Assembly (NCBI GenBank): GCA_963777605.1
Contig: CAVZRV010000007.1
Coordinates: 96,001-160,000, forward strand
Direction of reading: 5' to 3'
From: an uncultured Acidobacteriota bacterium
Lineage (GTDB): Bacteria > Acidobacteriota > UBA6911 > RPQK01 > JAPXNP01
Length of the DNA stretch: 64,000 nt
Shown: positions 9,261 through 19,596 of the stretch, in pieces
Position numbering within the stretch: the stretch's first letter is position 1
Layout: each line of letters begins with the position of its first letter
Translations under genes and position numbers: made by a program
Notes under the pieces: model-generated
What the model saw: the letters and a program-made list of their open reading frames with translations, nothing else
The model's database searches: none
What the model was told of the DNA's origin: nothing

Positions 9261-10517
9261 ATGACCGATCTTCCACGAACCGGATATGCCCGGCGGAAAA
9301 GGATTCGTCGAATCCTGATCGGCGCGATCCTCCTTTTGGGAGTGGCCGCCGCTACGTGGGGATTGTCCCGATTGAAACCGGCCGCCCCGACGGTGGATCG
9401 TTCGTCGGTCTGGCTGGGCGAGGTCGAAGCGGGGCCGATGTCGATCGAGGTGCGGGGGCCCGGAACCCTGGTCCCCGAGGAGATTCGATGGATTGCGGCT
9501 CCGGTTTCGGGACGGGTGGAAAGGATCAAGGTCCTGCCCGGAACGACGGTCGCGGCCGATTCCGTCCTGATGACGCTCGACAACCCGGAACTCCAGCAGG
9601 AGACCCTCAGTGCCGAACTTCAACTGCGCCAGGCCACGGCGGAACTGGAGGATTTGAAGGTGGAACTGGAGAGCGCACGGCTGACGCAGGAGGCCCAAAC
9701 TGCCGCTGTCTCCGCCGACTACCAGCAGTATCGACTCCAGGCCGACCTGAACCGGAAGCTGGCCCAGGAAGGGCTGATTTCCGATCTGACCCTCAAGCTC
9801 GCCGAGGTGACCACCGAGGAACTCTCCAAGCGGCACGCGATCGAACAGAAACGGCTCGAGATTGCCGGCGCGTCGGCCACGGCGCGGATCGCCGCCAAGG
9901 AGGCCCAGATCTCCCAGCTTCGCGGCCTGCTCGATCTCAAGCGACACCAGGTGGGACTGCTCCAGGTTCGTGCCGGGATCGCCGGCGTGCTGCAGCAGAC
10001 GCCGGTAGAGGTGGGACGACAGGTCCAGCCCGGAGAGATCCTGGGCAAGGTGGCGGTGCCGGGCAAGCTCAAGGCCGAGTTGCGCATCCCCGAGACCCAG
10101 GCCAAGGATGTCCAAATCGGTCTCGGTGCTTCGATCGACATTCGAAGTGGCGTGATCCCGGGAAAGGTCATCCGAATCGATCCCGCCGCCGAGGCGGGCA
10201 CGGTCAAGGTCGATGTGGCGCTTGCGGGCGAACTCCCCCCGGGGGCCCGTCCCGATCTCAACGTGGACGGAACCATCGAGATCGACCATTTGGACGACGT
10301 CGTGAAAATGGGACGCCCGGCCTTCGGACAGCCCGACAGCACGGTGACGCTGTTCAAGTTGGTCGGTGACGGCGAGGAAGCCGTCCGCGTCCAGGTCCGG
10401 CTGGGTCGAAGCTCCGTGACGACGATTCAGGTCCTGGAAGGGCTTCGCCCCGGCGACCAGGTTATCTTGTCGGACGTTTCAGCCTGGGACGACACTGACC
10501 GGATCCGGCTGAAGTAG
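9261..10517 (+). CDS. Efflux periplasmic adaptor (HlyD/MacA-like membrane fusion protein)
   Basis: N-terminal TM, VRGPGTLVP, coiled-coil hairpin, LEGLRPGDQVI. Confidence 0.88.
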   Translation: MTDLPRTGYARRKRIRRILIGAILLLGVAAATWGLSRLKPAAPTVDRSSVWLGEVEAGPMSIEVRGPGTLVPEEIRWIAAPVSGRVERIKVLPGTTVAADSVLMTLDNPELQQETLSAELQLRQATAELEDLKVELESARLTQEAQTAAVSADYQQYRLQADLNRKLAQEGLISDLTLKLAEVTTEELSKRHAIEQKRLEIAGASATARIAAKEAQISQLRGLLDLKRHQVGLLQVRAGIAGVLQQTPVEVGRQVQPGEILGKVAVPGKLKAELRIPETQAKDVQIGLGASIDIRSGVIPGKVIRIDPAAEAGTVKVDVALAGELPPGARPDLNVDGTIEIDHLDDVVKMGRPAFGQPDSTVTLFKLVGDGEEAVRVQVRLGRSSVTTIQVLEGLRPGDQVILSDVSAWDDTDRIRLK

Positions 10518-10549
10518 GCCGGGCAAGAGACCAAAGGAGTCACAACGAA

Positions 10550-11332
10550 ATGGATGCTTCAACGATTCCGGTGATTCGAATGGAAGACGTCGGCAAGATC
10601 TTCTACACCGACGAAGTAGAGACCCATGCCCTGTCGGGAGTCCATCTCACGATCCACCGCGGCGACTATGTTTCGATCGCCGGCCCCTCGGGCTGCGGCA
10701 AATCGACTCTGCTGTCGATCATGGGGCTGCTCGACATGCCGACCACCGGCAGCTACTTCCTGAACGAGTTGCCGGTCGAATCCCTGACGCCGTCCGAGCA
10801 GGCGCGGATCCGCAACCGTGAGATCGGCTTCATCTTTCAGAACTTCAACCTGATCGGCGACTTGACGGTCTACGAGAACGTGGAACTGCCGCTGACCTAT
10901 CGGGGCACCTCCGCCGCCCAGCGCAAGCGGGACGTAACCGAGGCGTTGGAACGGGTCGGGATGGCCCACCGGCTGCGCCACTACCCGGCCCAGCTCTCCG
11001 GGGGGCAGCAGCAGCGGGTCGCCGTCGCCCGGGCGCTGGCCGGCCGGCCCTCGATTCTGCTGGCCGATGAGCCGACGGGGAACCTGGACTCACAGAACGG
11101 CGGCGCCGTCATGGAACTTCTCGACGAGCTTTACCAGGACGGAGCCACCATCGCGATGGTGACCCACGATCCCCGCTACGCCGAACGCGCCCAACGCCAG
11201 ATCCATCTGTTCGACGGGACGATCGTCGATGAGGAGGCTTTTTCCCATCAGGGGCACCAATTCGGGGTCCGTCCCCAACCCTCGGGGTCTCAGCTGATGA
11301 TCGAGAAAAGGGAACGAGCCGACCATGTTTAG
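10550..11332 (+). CDS. ABC transporter ATP-binding protein (LolD/MacB-type)
   Basis: [38 protein letters not shown]. Confidence 0.95.
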   Translation: MDASTIPVIRMEDVGKIFYTDEVETHALSGVHLTIHRGDYVSIAGPSGCGKSTLLSIMGLLDMPTTGSYFLNELPVESLTPSEQARIRNREIGFIFQNFNLIGDLTVYENVELPLTYRGTSAAQRKRDVTEALERVGMAHRLRHYPAQLSGGQQQRVAVARALAGRPSILLADEPTGNLDSQNGGAVMELLDELYQDGATIAMVTHDPRYAERAQRQIHLFDGTIVDEEAFSHQGHQFGVRPQPSGSQLMIEKRERADHV

Positions 11333-13979
11333 AATCACAGCACTCCTGACACGGATCCGGAACCTGTTTCGAACCAGCGAAGCGGAGCGAGAACTGGACG
11401 AAGAACTTCAATTCCTCCTCGAACGAGAAGCCGACGAGAATCAACGCAATGGGATGGACTCGGCAGAAGCCCGGCGCAGAGCTCATCTGAAGATCGGTGG
11501 AGTGCAACAGGTAAGAGAGAAATGCCGAGATCAGAGAGGACTCCCCTGGCTCGAATTTGCTCTCCAGGATATTCATTTCGGCATCCGACAGCTGATTCGA
11601 AAACCAGGACTCCCGGCCTTAGTGATACTGCTCGTGGCTCTTGGAGTAGGGACTAGTACGGCTATCTTCAGCGTAGTGAAAGCTGTACTGCTGGATCCTT
11701 TGCCATACCCATCTCCCGGTCAGTTGACAATGCTTTGGGAGGCAGACCCGAGTCACACGAGGGTCCCATCTTCCGGTCCGGATTTTGCGGACTGCAGAAA
11801 ACAGAGCCAGACATTCGAAAGAATCGTGGCATACCGCCCAGTTGAGCTCAATCTCACCAGCGGTCAGGGCGATCCCGAGGTGGTTCAGGGAGCATTGACG
11901 AGTGTCGGCATGTTTGAACTGCTCCGGGTTCGTCCGGTGCTGGGAAGGTCCTTTACCGACGACGAAGAGGTTCCCGGCAAAGGTCAGGTGGCCATCATCA
12001 GCAACAGCTTGTGGCGAAGGCGTTTCGGAGCGGATCGGGATTTGCTGGGTCAGCCCATAACGATCGACGGAGCTTCCTATACCGTGATTGGGATCATGCC
12101 CCCCGGTTTCAGTCATCCAAGCCCCTGGACAATCGGCAGGAAAACCGAGGTCTGGAAACCACTGTCCCGGCTGGAGCTTTCTGGAGCAAATCGCCTCGCC
12201 CAGCGCTTCCTGGTGATGGGAAGGCTGAAGAACGGAGTCTCGATTGAGGCTGCACGGCAGGAAATGCTGGCGATCTCCAGAAGTCTCCAGGAACAATACC
12301 CGGATTCCTGGGGTGATGAGAAGCGAGTGGATGTAGTTCCGATGCAGGAGGACCTGGTGGGAGGGGTTTCGAAACAGGTCATGATTGTCCAAGGAGCCTC
12401 TGCAGTCATTCTCCTCATCGTCTGCCTTAACATCGCCAGCCTCTTAATGACCAGAGGTTCCACCCGGCGCCCAGAGATTGCTCTCAGGTCCGCACTCGGA
12501 GCCAGCCGACTCCGACTGATTCGACAGATGATTCTTGAAAATCTGCCCATGTCTTTGTTAGGCGGAGGCCTTGGAGTGATCCTGGCATTTTGGGAGATCA
12601 GCATTTTCCGCAAGATCGTTCCAGCGGACATTCCTCGAGTGGGGAACATTGAAATCGACAAATGGCTCCTGATATTTGCACTTGGGGTTTCTCTGCTCAC
12701 TGGATTGTTGTTCACTTTGGCCCCGGCTATCGTCTCAACAAATAGTGCTCTCAGCAGAACCCTGCCGAAAAGCCGCGGGACCACTCCATCCGGACCGGGA
12801 GTCCTGAGGAACCGTGCCATTATCCTATCGGTACAGTTTGCGCTGGCAATTGTCCTGGTCAACAGTGCTCTCCTGATGTTGAATAGCTATCAGCAAATGA
12901 GAAATATGGACCACGGCTTTAGTACGGAGAACGTACTGACCATAAGACTCAATCCCCAGGGGCGGAACTATGAGAACGACGAACAGTTGCATACTTTCTA
13001 CACCGAACTCCTCAGTGATATTGCGGCGCTCCCTGGAGTCAAACATTGCGGTGCCATCAGCAGGCTACCCTTTGATGGCGGAACAAGCTCAAATGTCACC
13101 CTGGAGGGCCGGGAAGCGGAAAAGGCCAAGCACGTCGAGATCAGGACGTCGACTGCTGGGTATTTTCAAGCCATGGGGATTACAGTCCGCGCCGGTCGCG
13201 ACTTCGTTGCCCAAGACAGCGCACCTTCTCAACCAGGGGTTATTGTCAACCACCGACTGGCGGAAGTCTGCTGGCCCGGGGTGGATCCAATTGGGCAACG
13301 GTTACGCTTCGGCGATCGACCATGGTTGACGGTAGTCGGAGTCGTAGAGGATACCCCGCAATGGGCCGAATGGGGCGCAATACCTGAAATCTACTTTCCG
13401 TATTTAAGTCCACCAAACATTGGGTTGGCTGCATTCGGCAGGGTTCACTACCTGGTGATCAATACAGAGATTGACCCGCGCAGCCTCGTCGGCCCGATCA
13501 GAGAAGAAGTCAAGCGCTTCGACAGTAACCTTCCGATCTCAGAGATTCGAACAACTGGGCAGCTCCTTAACGAGACTATGGAGCAGAGGAGTTTCCATAC
13601 CCTCCTTTTCGTACTGTTCGCGGCACTAGCCCTGATCCTGGTCGCAGCCGGAATCTATGCAACCACCTCCTATCATGTAGTCCAGGATTTTCATGAGATC
13701 GGTATCCGGATGGCCCTGGGTGCTGGCCGAAAGAGAATTCTGGTTGATGTGCTGAGCCGTGGTCTTAAGCAGGCCCTCGCAGGGACTGCTATCGGCCTGG
13801 TCGGAGTACTAGCCCTCAGCCGAGTTCTGGAGAACATGGTATACGGCATCAGCCCAACGGACCCTCTCGCTTTTGCTATGGTCTCCGGACTGTTGATTTT
13901 CATCGCCCTTGTCGCCTGCTCTATTCCTGCTAGAAGGGCAGCCCGAATTAGTCCCCTGGAGTCGCTGAGAAGTGAATAG
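11325..13979 (+). CDS. Duplicated MacB/FtsX ABC permease (ADOP type)
   Basis: Permease-prefix ELDEELQF, ALGVGTSTAIFSVV, two FtsX halves (EIALRSALGA; EIGIRMALGA), PARRAARISP. Confidence 0.92.
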   Translation: MFRITALLTRIRNLFRTSEAERELDEELQFLLEREADENQRNGMDSAEARRRAHLKIGGVQQVREKCRDQRGLPWLEFALQDIHFGIRQLIRKPGLPALVILLVALGVGTSTAIFSVVKAVLLDPLPYPSPGQLTMLWEADPSHTRVPSSGPDFADCRKQSQTFERIVAYRPVELNLTSGQGDPEVVQGALTSVGMFELLRVRPVLGRSFTDDEEVPGKGQVAIISNSLWRRRFGADRDLLGQPITIDGASYTVIGIMPPGFSHPSPWTIGRKTEVWKPLSRLELSGANRLAQRFLVMGRLKNGVSIEAARQEMLAISRSLQEQYPDSWGDEKRVDVVPMQEDLVGGVSKQVMIVQGASAVILLIVCLNIASLLMTRGSTRRPEIALRSALGASRLRLIRQMILENLPMSLLGGGLGVILAFWEISIFRKIVPADIPRVGNIEIDKWLLIFALGVSLLTGLLFTLAPAIVSTNSALSRTLPKSRGTTPSGPGVLRNRAIILSVQFALAIVLVNSALLMLNSYQQMRNMDHGFSTENVLTIRLNPQGRNYENDEQLHTFYTELLSDIAALPGVKHCGAISRLPFDGGTSSNVTLEGREAEKAKHVEIRTSTAGYFQAMGITVRAGRDFVAQDSAPSQPGVIVNHRLAEVCWPGVDPIGQRLRFGDRPWLTVVGVVEDTPQWAEWGAIPEIYFPYLSPPNIGLAAFGRVHYLVINTEIDPRSLVGPIREEVKRFDSNLPISEIRTTGQLLNETMEQRSFHTLLFVLFAALALILVAAGIYATTSYHVVQDFHEIGIRMALGAGRKRILVDVLSRGLKQALAGTAIGLVGVLALSRVLENMVYGISPTDPLAFAMVSGLLIFIALVACSIPARRAARISPLESLRSE

Positions 13980-14088
13980 CACCACTTACGCTGAGGCCCG
14001 CGTAGCGAAGAGCCTTGCAAGTCTTTCTCCCTTCGCCATAGCCAAGCCTTAACAGTCGCCGAAAGCCGATCAACGGGGTGCCGTCCCC

Positions 14089-14140
14089 GGTACCCATCGG
14101 TACGCGTTGGTACGCATTGCGATCCCATAACTGATTTATT
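14089..14140. repeat. Three tandem 10-bp repeats (putative integrase arm sites) plus an IHF-like site
   Basis: GGTACCCATC/GGTACGCGTT/GGTACGCATT at 14089, 14099 and 14109; AATAAATCAGTTA on the minus strand at 14128..14140. Confidence 0.55.
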
Positions 14141-14159
14141 TTCATTATCTAATCTCTAA

Positions 14160-14204
14160 CTGATAAGCACGAGGTCGGTGGTTCAAGTCCACCTGGCCCA
14201 CCAT
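14160..14204 (+). repeat. Duplicated 3' half of tRNA-Ile (att core)
   Basis: CTGATAAGCACGAGGTCGGTGGTTCAAGTCCACCT-GGCCCACCAT versus the tRNA: one substitution and one deletion. Confidence 0.9.
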
Positions 14205-14279
14205 TAACCCCTGAAAGAACAGATATTTTCAAATTCGTGGGCGCTCCCCAAGCCTTTTCTGCCATCAACATTTGGGGCA

Positions 14280-15072
14280 CTATCGCAGAAGGGCCTCGAA
14301 CCGGGTTCCTCGGAGGCAGTCTTTGACCTCGCCGTAGTTCGCAATCAGTTCAGCATGGCCTTTCGTAACCAGTTTGCGCAGGTTCGACGTTGGGCACGGC
14401 GATTTGGCGGGTTAAATGCAGGAATTCACAGGCCGCTTCCGAATTCCTGTGCATCATCCAGAAGCCGTTCGTAGCGGATTTCCAGGCTGCGTACGGGCGA
14501 ACACCGAAGCAGGAGCTCTCGCGAATTGCATGTTTCTTCGGGATCGCTTCATATGCCGGAGCATCTCATCTGGGTTCACCAGGATCGGTCGATTGGGTGC
14601 TTCGGGTTCTCCCACCAGGCTGTGGACCGCCCGGGTCGAGAAGCGTAACTGTGATGACAGGTAGACATCGAGATGGTTCAGGCGAACGAGATGCACCACC
14701 GGCAGCGTGATGGCGGACGAGGTAGGCCCAGATCTCTGGATAGTTGAGCAGATTCGGGTACATCAGCTTGAAACCAACGGTTCCACGTTGCCCCATGATC
14801 CGATTCAGATACCGGAATGTCCGTAACGGCCGGATGGGCCACCAGGTTCGGTCAAGTTCGCAAAAGAGAGGAACGTCTCTGAAATGGGTGTCGAGGTAGG
14901 CTGCGGTGCCGGCAGTCATGAGGCGTTCCGACCGGGGCTTCCGCCCCGGAATGAACAGTTCGGCAAAAACTCTGGCGTCGGTCGCCAGGCGAAGCAGGTC
15001 GAGGAACCAGGTCGAGCCGCTTCTTGGAGCGGTCAGAACCACAAACCCCTTGAGAGCTTCTTCGCGACTCAT
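14280..15072 (-). CDS. Stf0-like sulfotransferase, frameshifted (~14700, ~14520 and possibly ~14425)
   Basis: PAPS loop APRSGSTW, VGFKLMY, VHLVRLN, IRYE; C-terminus LIANYGEV ending at TAG 14280. Confidence 0.75.
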
Positions 15073-16325
15073 TTCCCCGCTTCTTGCCATGAAGGCGGAT
15101 ATTCAGAGGGACCTGGCCCGAACTCACCATCCCTCTTTCGGCCGGGATCTCCAACGATTGACGCGAATGTAGCCAAGTATCGGTGGATGGCCCGATCCAG
15201 CGAGTTGGCTTCAACTCGGCGGGCTGCCGCCCGGCCAATACTCATCCTCAATTCGGGGTTCCGGGCAGCGCGGACGGTCGTTCTGGCGAGGTCCGCGACA
15301 TCGCCCTTTCGGAACAGCAAACCGGTGACCCCGTCCTCGACCACTTCCCGGGCCGGGGCGATGTCGCTGGCGATGAGAAGGCGCGCGCTGGCCTGCGCTT
15401 CAAGGTAAACGCGCGACAGGCCTTCGGATTCGGACATGGAAACGATCATGTCCGCCATCTGCATGAGAGCCGGAATTCGAGAGTACTCAACCCATCCCAG
15501 AAACTGGAATCGAGGCATAAGCTTCCGACGCCGGCACTCCTCTTCCATCGCCGACCGAAAGGCGCCGTCCCCGGCCACGACATAGCGCAGGCTGGGCTCG
15601 GCTGCGAGAGCAATCTCCGCGGATCCGACCAGATCCAACGGTCTCTTGACTCCCTTAAGATTTGAAACGTGGAGCACCAGGGTTTCGCCGGGCTTTCGGC
15701 CGACGCGGGCCTCGAGTTCGGGATCTGAGCGGTCTGCGCCGAAGAGGCGAAGGTCGATCGCATTTGGGATGACCGAGAGATTGGCGAAGCCCAATCGCCG
15801 CAGCCCGGCCGCCATGTGCTCGGCAACGGAAACCATCAGGTCAACCCGACCAAACTCCCGGAGCAGTCGAACGCCGTGCTCTGGCGGGTAAGATCCATTG
15901 AGAATAGCTATGGTCGTGTTTCCGCGAATGCCCTGGATGCACGGAATCCGGTGCTCAACTGCCAGTGCGGGGACGTGCAGGCCAAAAGACTCTCTCCCAA
16001 TGATGACAAGGTCGGGCCGCTTGGCAGCAAACAGGCGCGGGAGGAGTTCCTCCAGGCAGGATCGCTCCAGTTCCAGGTAGTCGTCTGCGGCCGGGACGTT
16101 GGGTCCAGTGTAGTAGTGAGGAACAAGGAACCGGTGCAGTTCCAGCTCGGGGTGGGCGCGAGCGAACACGTCGCCGGCCGCCAGGGACTGCGCCGTAATC
16201 GGCGCGACCGCACGAATCCGGTGTCCTCGAGCTGCCAGGCCACGAAGCAACTGGCCCCAGGAAATGCCCGATCCCCCTGGATGCGGAGGAAGCATTCCGA
16301 CATAGAGAAGGTCGAAACATGACAT
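15069..16325 (-). CDS. Glycosyltransferase family 4
   Basis: SVAE, VIPNAID, KRP, SESEGLSRVYLEAQAS, EVVEDGVTGLL. Confidence 0.9.
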   Translation of the reverse strand: MSCFDLLYVGMLPPHPGGSGISWGQLLRGLAARGHRIRAVAPITAQSLAAGDVFARAHPELELHRFLVPHYYTGPNVPAADDYLELERSCLEELLPRLFAAKRPDLVIIGRESFGLHVPALAVEHRIPCIQGIRGNTTIAILNGSYPPEHGVRLLREFGRVDLMVSVAEHMAAGLRRLGFANLSVIPNAIDLRLFGADRSDPELEARVGRKPGETLVLHVSNLKGVKRPLDLVGSAEIALAAEPSLRYVVAGDGAFRSAMEEECRRRKLMPRFQFLGWVEYSRIPALMQMADMIVSMSESEGLSRVYLEAQASARLLIASDIAPAREVVEDGVTGLLFRKGDVADLARTTVRAARNPELRMSIGRAAARRVEANSLDRAIHRYLATFASIVGDPGRKRDGEFGPGPSEYPPSWQEAGK

Positions 16326-16468
16326 CCTGACAACCCTGCTCTCGACCCGAATCGCGCACTCAGACTTCAGCTGAACCCTGGAAATCGGGGCCAGTCTACT
16401 TCAGCTCCCTGAACACACGCAAAATGTTTCCCCCGGGTAAAGACTCTTACCTGCCGCAAAGGCAAGTC

Positions 16469-18032
16469 TCAGTTTCGAAAGGAACGGAAGGGCAGAAACT
16501 TTCCCCTGCTCGTCAGCACCGGAACCTGCCGCCTTACCTGAAGCGTTCCGAGCTGAGCCCACAGGTTGGTCTTGAACCGATAGTAACGTCTCAGGCCAGC
16601 CAGGTATTCGAGAAAAGCCTCAGTGACGGCCTGCTCGTCGAGGGGACCAACCCTCGGGTTGACCAGCAGAGCGTAACGACAGACTCCACTTGCGTCATCT
16701 TCCTCGATTAACTGGTAATCGGTCATCACTCCACCAAATCTTCCAGGCATCCTTTCCTGCAGTATCCTCACGATGTCAGGTCCGAAAAAGGTCATCCCGT
16801 CGCCAGTCACCTTGTCGAATCCCCGAATCGTGTGCAGATGCTGCCGGTATCCCAAGGCTCCGAACCGGCAATCGCAGGAGCGTTTTCCACAATCGCGTGA
16901 TCGCCGATTTCCGTATTCAGGAGGATCTTCGGGCAGGCGCTACGCAGCGCGGTAAGAAGCAGCGACCCGGCCGGCGTCCCCTCCGCCGAATGGCGCTGCC
17001 GCTGGATTACCGCGAAGGCGTCCTCGAAGAGGTGGACGTCATCGGAGCATGAAGGAGCCGCGCACTGGGCGCCGACCGTTCCACCTTCTGAAAACCCGTA
17101 GCTCTGTACTGCTCGGGCACCCGTGGATTCGATCGCCGAACGCATTTGGGCGGTGAGGGCCTCTCCCCGCAGTAGAAAGGTGCAGCCTTCGAGGGAGATT
17201 CCGCGCTTCTCCATGGCGTTGCAGATTCGCACCGCGGTGCTGGGATAGGTATTGAGGCAGGCTGCGCTGGCCATGGGCGAGCAGGCCGGCAAGAAACTCT
17301 CCAACCCTCCAGGCCTCTTCGACCGGTACCTTCGTGGGACGCTCGATCCCCAGGGCGCGCCGAACCAGGAAGTGAACAGCACCCGCGACGAACCGGTCCC
17401 TGAGAGTTGCCATATTTGCGATCGCAAACCACTTGCTGAGACCTTTTCCGAATCCAGCACAGCGCAGCAACCCGTTACAGATCCCCGGATGTGTGGGCGT
17501 GTAATACACCAGGGGAGCATCCATCAATCCGTGCTCGGCAAACCAGACCGCCCAATGAGGAACTGATTGCCGGATGTGTTCCAAGTCAACGACGACGCGA
17601 GTCGGTCTGCCCCGCGTGCCCCCGGAACTGCTTTGAAAATGTCGAGTAATCAGCGGGTTATCAAAATCAGACTCGCTAAACTCGAAACTCTGGCTTCCCC
17701 TGACCGCAGGGGAAAACCCCTTGAACTCTTCAAAACTGACGTAGATCCCGGCCTTCAGAGAGTTGATCGAGCGCACCCTCGGGACCGTCGCGGATAACCA
17801 TGGCCCGCACATCGCCAAACTCACAGCCCGCAAGCCGGAACAGCTTCAAATAGGGGCTTTGAGAGTTCCTAAAGACTGCCTGCTCGATAATCTGGAGTAG
17901 CGTCTCCCGCCTGAGTTGGAGTTGCCGGGCAATCCGCTGTTGCGCTGTGCCAACAGATATCGGCTCTTTCAGGAACCCAGTAAGGCCAAAGCCCAGCCGT
18001 GCCAACCCCCGGAGATTGGAGATTGCGTTCAT
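16469..18032 (-). CDS. PaaK/CapK-like adenylate-forming (ANL) protein, split by three frameshifts (~17770, ~17265, ~16880)
   Basis: SPYLKLF, SSGGTRGRP P-loop, YGFSEGG, NTEIGD, IRGFDKVTGDG and LTSRGKFLPF in consecutive fragments. Confidence 0.65.
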
Positions 18033-19223
18033 CTGGATTCCATTGGGAGCGTGATCTTGACGGTCGTTCCTTTTTCTCCGGCCGGTGAGATGACTTCGAT
18101 CGTACCACCCACAGCCTGAATGACTTTCCGAGCCAGATGAAGACCCAGGCCATGATGGGACGGTTTCGTGCTGAAGAATGGCTCGAAAAGACGGTTCCTG
18201 ATTTCCGGCCTCACGCCACAGCCATTGTCGGAAATCGAAATGTTGTTCCCCTCAGCCGTTTTCTCGAGGGAAATCCAGACCCTGGGATGCGCTTCGTCAT
18301 GAGCCGCTTCGATCGCATTGTTCAACACGTAGAGCAAGGCCCGAGCGACCTCTCCCCGAACACAGTTCAGACGGCAACCAGGATCGAGAGCTGTCTTGAT
18401 AACCACCTTACTCATCATCGCCTGGACATTAACGACCGTCACGAGATCCAGGATCAGCTTGTCCAGCTGAACTTCCCGCGGATCCTGCCCGACGTCTGCA
18501 ATCAGCAGCAGACTCCGCAGCTTGCTCCCGACCCTCTGGAGGCTTTGGTCGACAACCTCGAGCGAATCCTTCACGTCATCCTCGAGTTGAGATTGAGCTC
18601 GAATCAGTTCGACATAGCCAAGAGCAGCCGCCAGGGGATTGTTGATCTCGTGTGCGATGCTGGTTGCAAGTTGGCCAAGAGTCTTCAGCCAATGCTCGTT
18701 CAACATGCCGCTGTGCAGGGCAGTGCACATGCTCCTGGAGCGCGAGTTTCCCCTTGAGCTGATCCTGCAGGTGTTTCACCCGCAAAGCCGCCCGGGTACG
18801 GGCCAGCAACTCCTGTTGATGAACCGGCTTGGTCAGATAGTCATGGCCGCCCAGTTCCAGCCCCCTCACCTTCTCCGAGGACTCAAGTTTCGCCGTCAGG
18901 AAGATCACGGGAATGTCACTGGTCGCCGGGTCGGCTTTCATACGACGGCACAGTTCATAACCGTCCATTTTCGGCATCATGACGTCGAGGATCGCGACGT
19001 CCACCGGATTCTCTCGCAGCCAGTCCAGCGCCTCCTGCCCATCGGAAAAGCCAAAGCACGTCATCCCCCCAGCCTTGAGACGAATTTGCAGAAGCTCCAC
19101 CGAATCAGGGTGGTCGTCTACTGCGAGGACGCGGGGCGCATCAGGTGGCCCATCCACGGAAGGATCAACCTCGCGGGTCAGACCAGAATTGGGTTTCTCC
19201 ATGGTCAGTTCACCATGTTTCAT
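18029..19223 (-). CDS. Cytoplasmic hybrid receiver-histidine kinase, frameshift at ~18725
   Basis: Receiver (VDD, LDVMMPKMDG, TA, KP) then HisKA/HATPase (AHEINNPL, NNA, DNGCG, PFFSTK, GLGL). Confidence 0.85.
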
Positions 19224-19596
19224 TCGGCCACGTGATCCCCAATTCACGCGTGCCCACAATCATTGCTTGCCACAAACCCCGGGTTAATGCAAGCAAAACT
19301 CAATTGTACTTCAATTCCGTACAATACCCTGAGGCCAGGAATATGGTCCGACTGCGCCGATGAAGATCGGACTCGAGATGGCCATCGCTCCGCGACAGGA
19401 GAAGGTAACGGCCCTTGGACCCGGATTGAGCCGATGTCTCGCACCTGCCGTGCCATCTACCCCCAAACTAATCGCAATCGAGCACCGGAACAGCACGAAA
19501 GAGACCGAGTGACTGAAGGTGCCACCAAAACAGGGTGACAGTCCGCCTGTGAAAAGCGGCTCCAAGCGGCCCAAGCATCAGGCTTAGAGGACCTTC

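Larger units (their letters stand above)
8569..14204. mobile_element. tRNA-Ile-anchored genomic islet (~5.6 kb) with no integrase visible
   Basis: Flanked by ~45-bp direct repeats of the tRNA 3' half (8569..8614 and 14160..14204). Confidence 0.75.

Noticed and set aside
13981-14052. Short frame TTYAEARVAKSL... resembling an integrase C-terminus
   Set aside because: Too short and lacks the HxxR/HS context
19263-19325. Inverted repeats TTGCTTGC/GCAAGCAA and ATTGTAC/GTACAAT upstream of the hybrid kinase
   Set aside because: Short arms with long spacers; could be operators but cannot be told from chance
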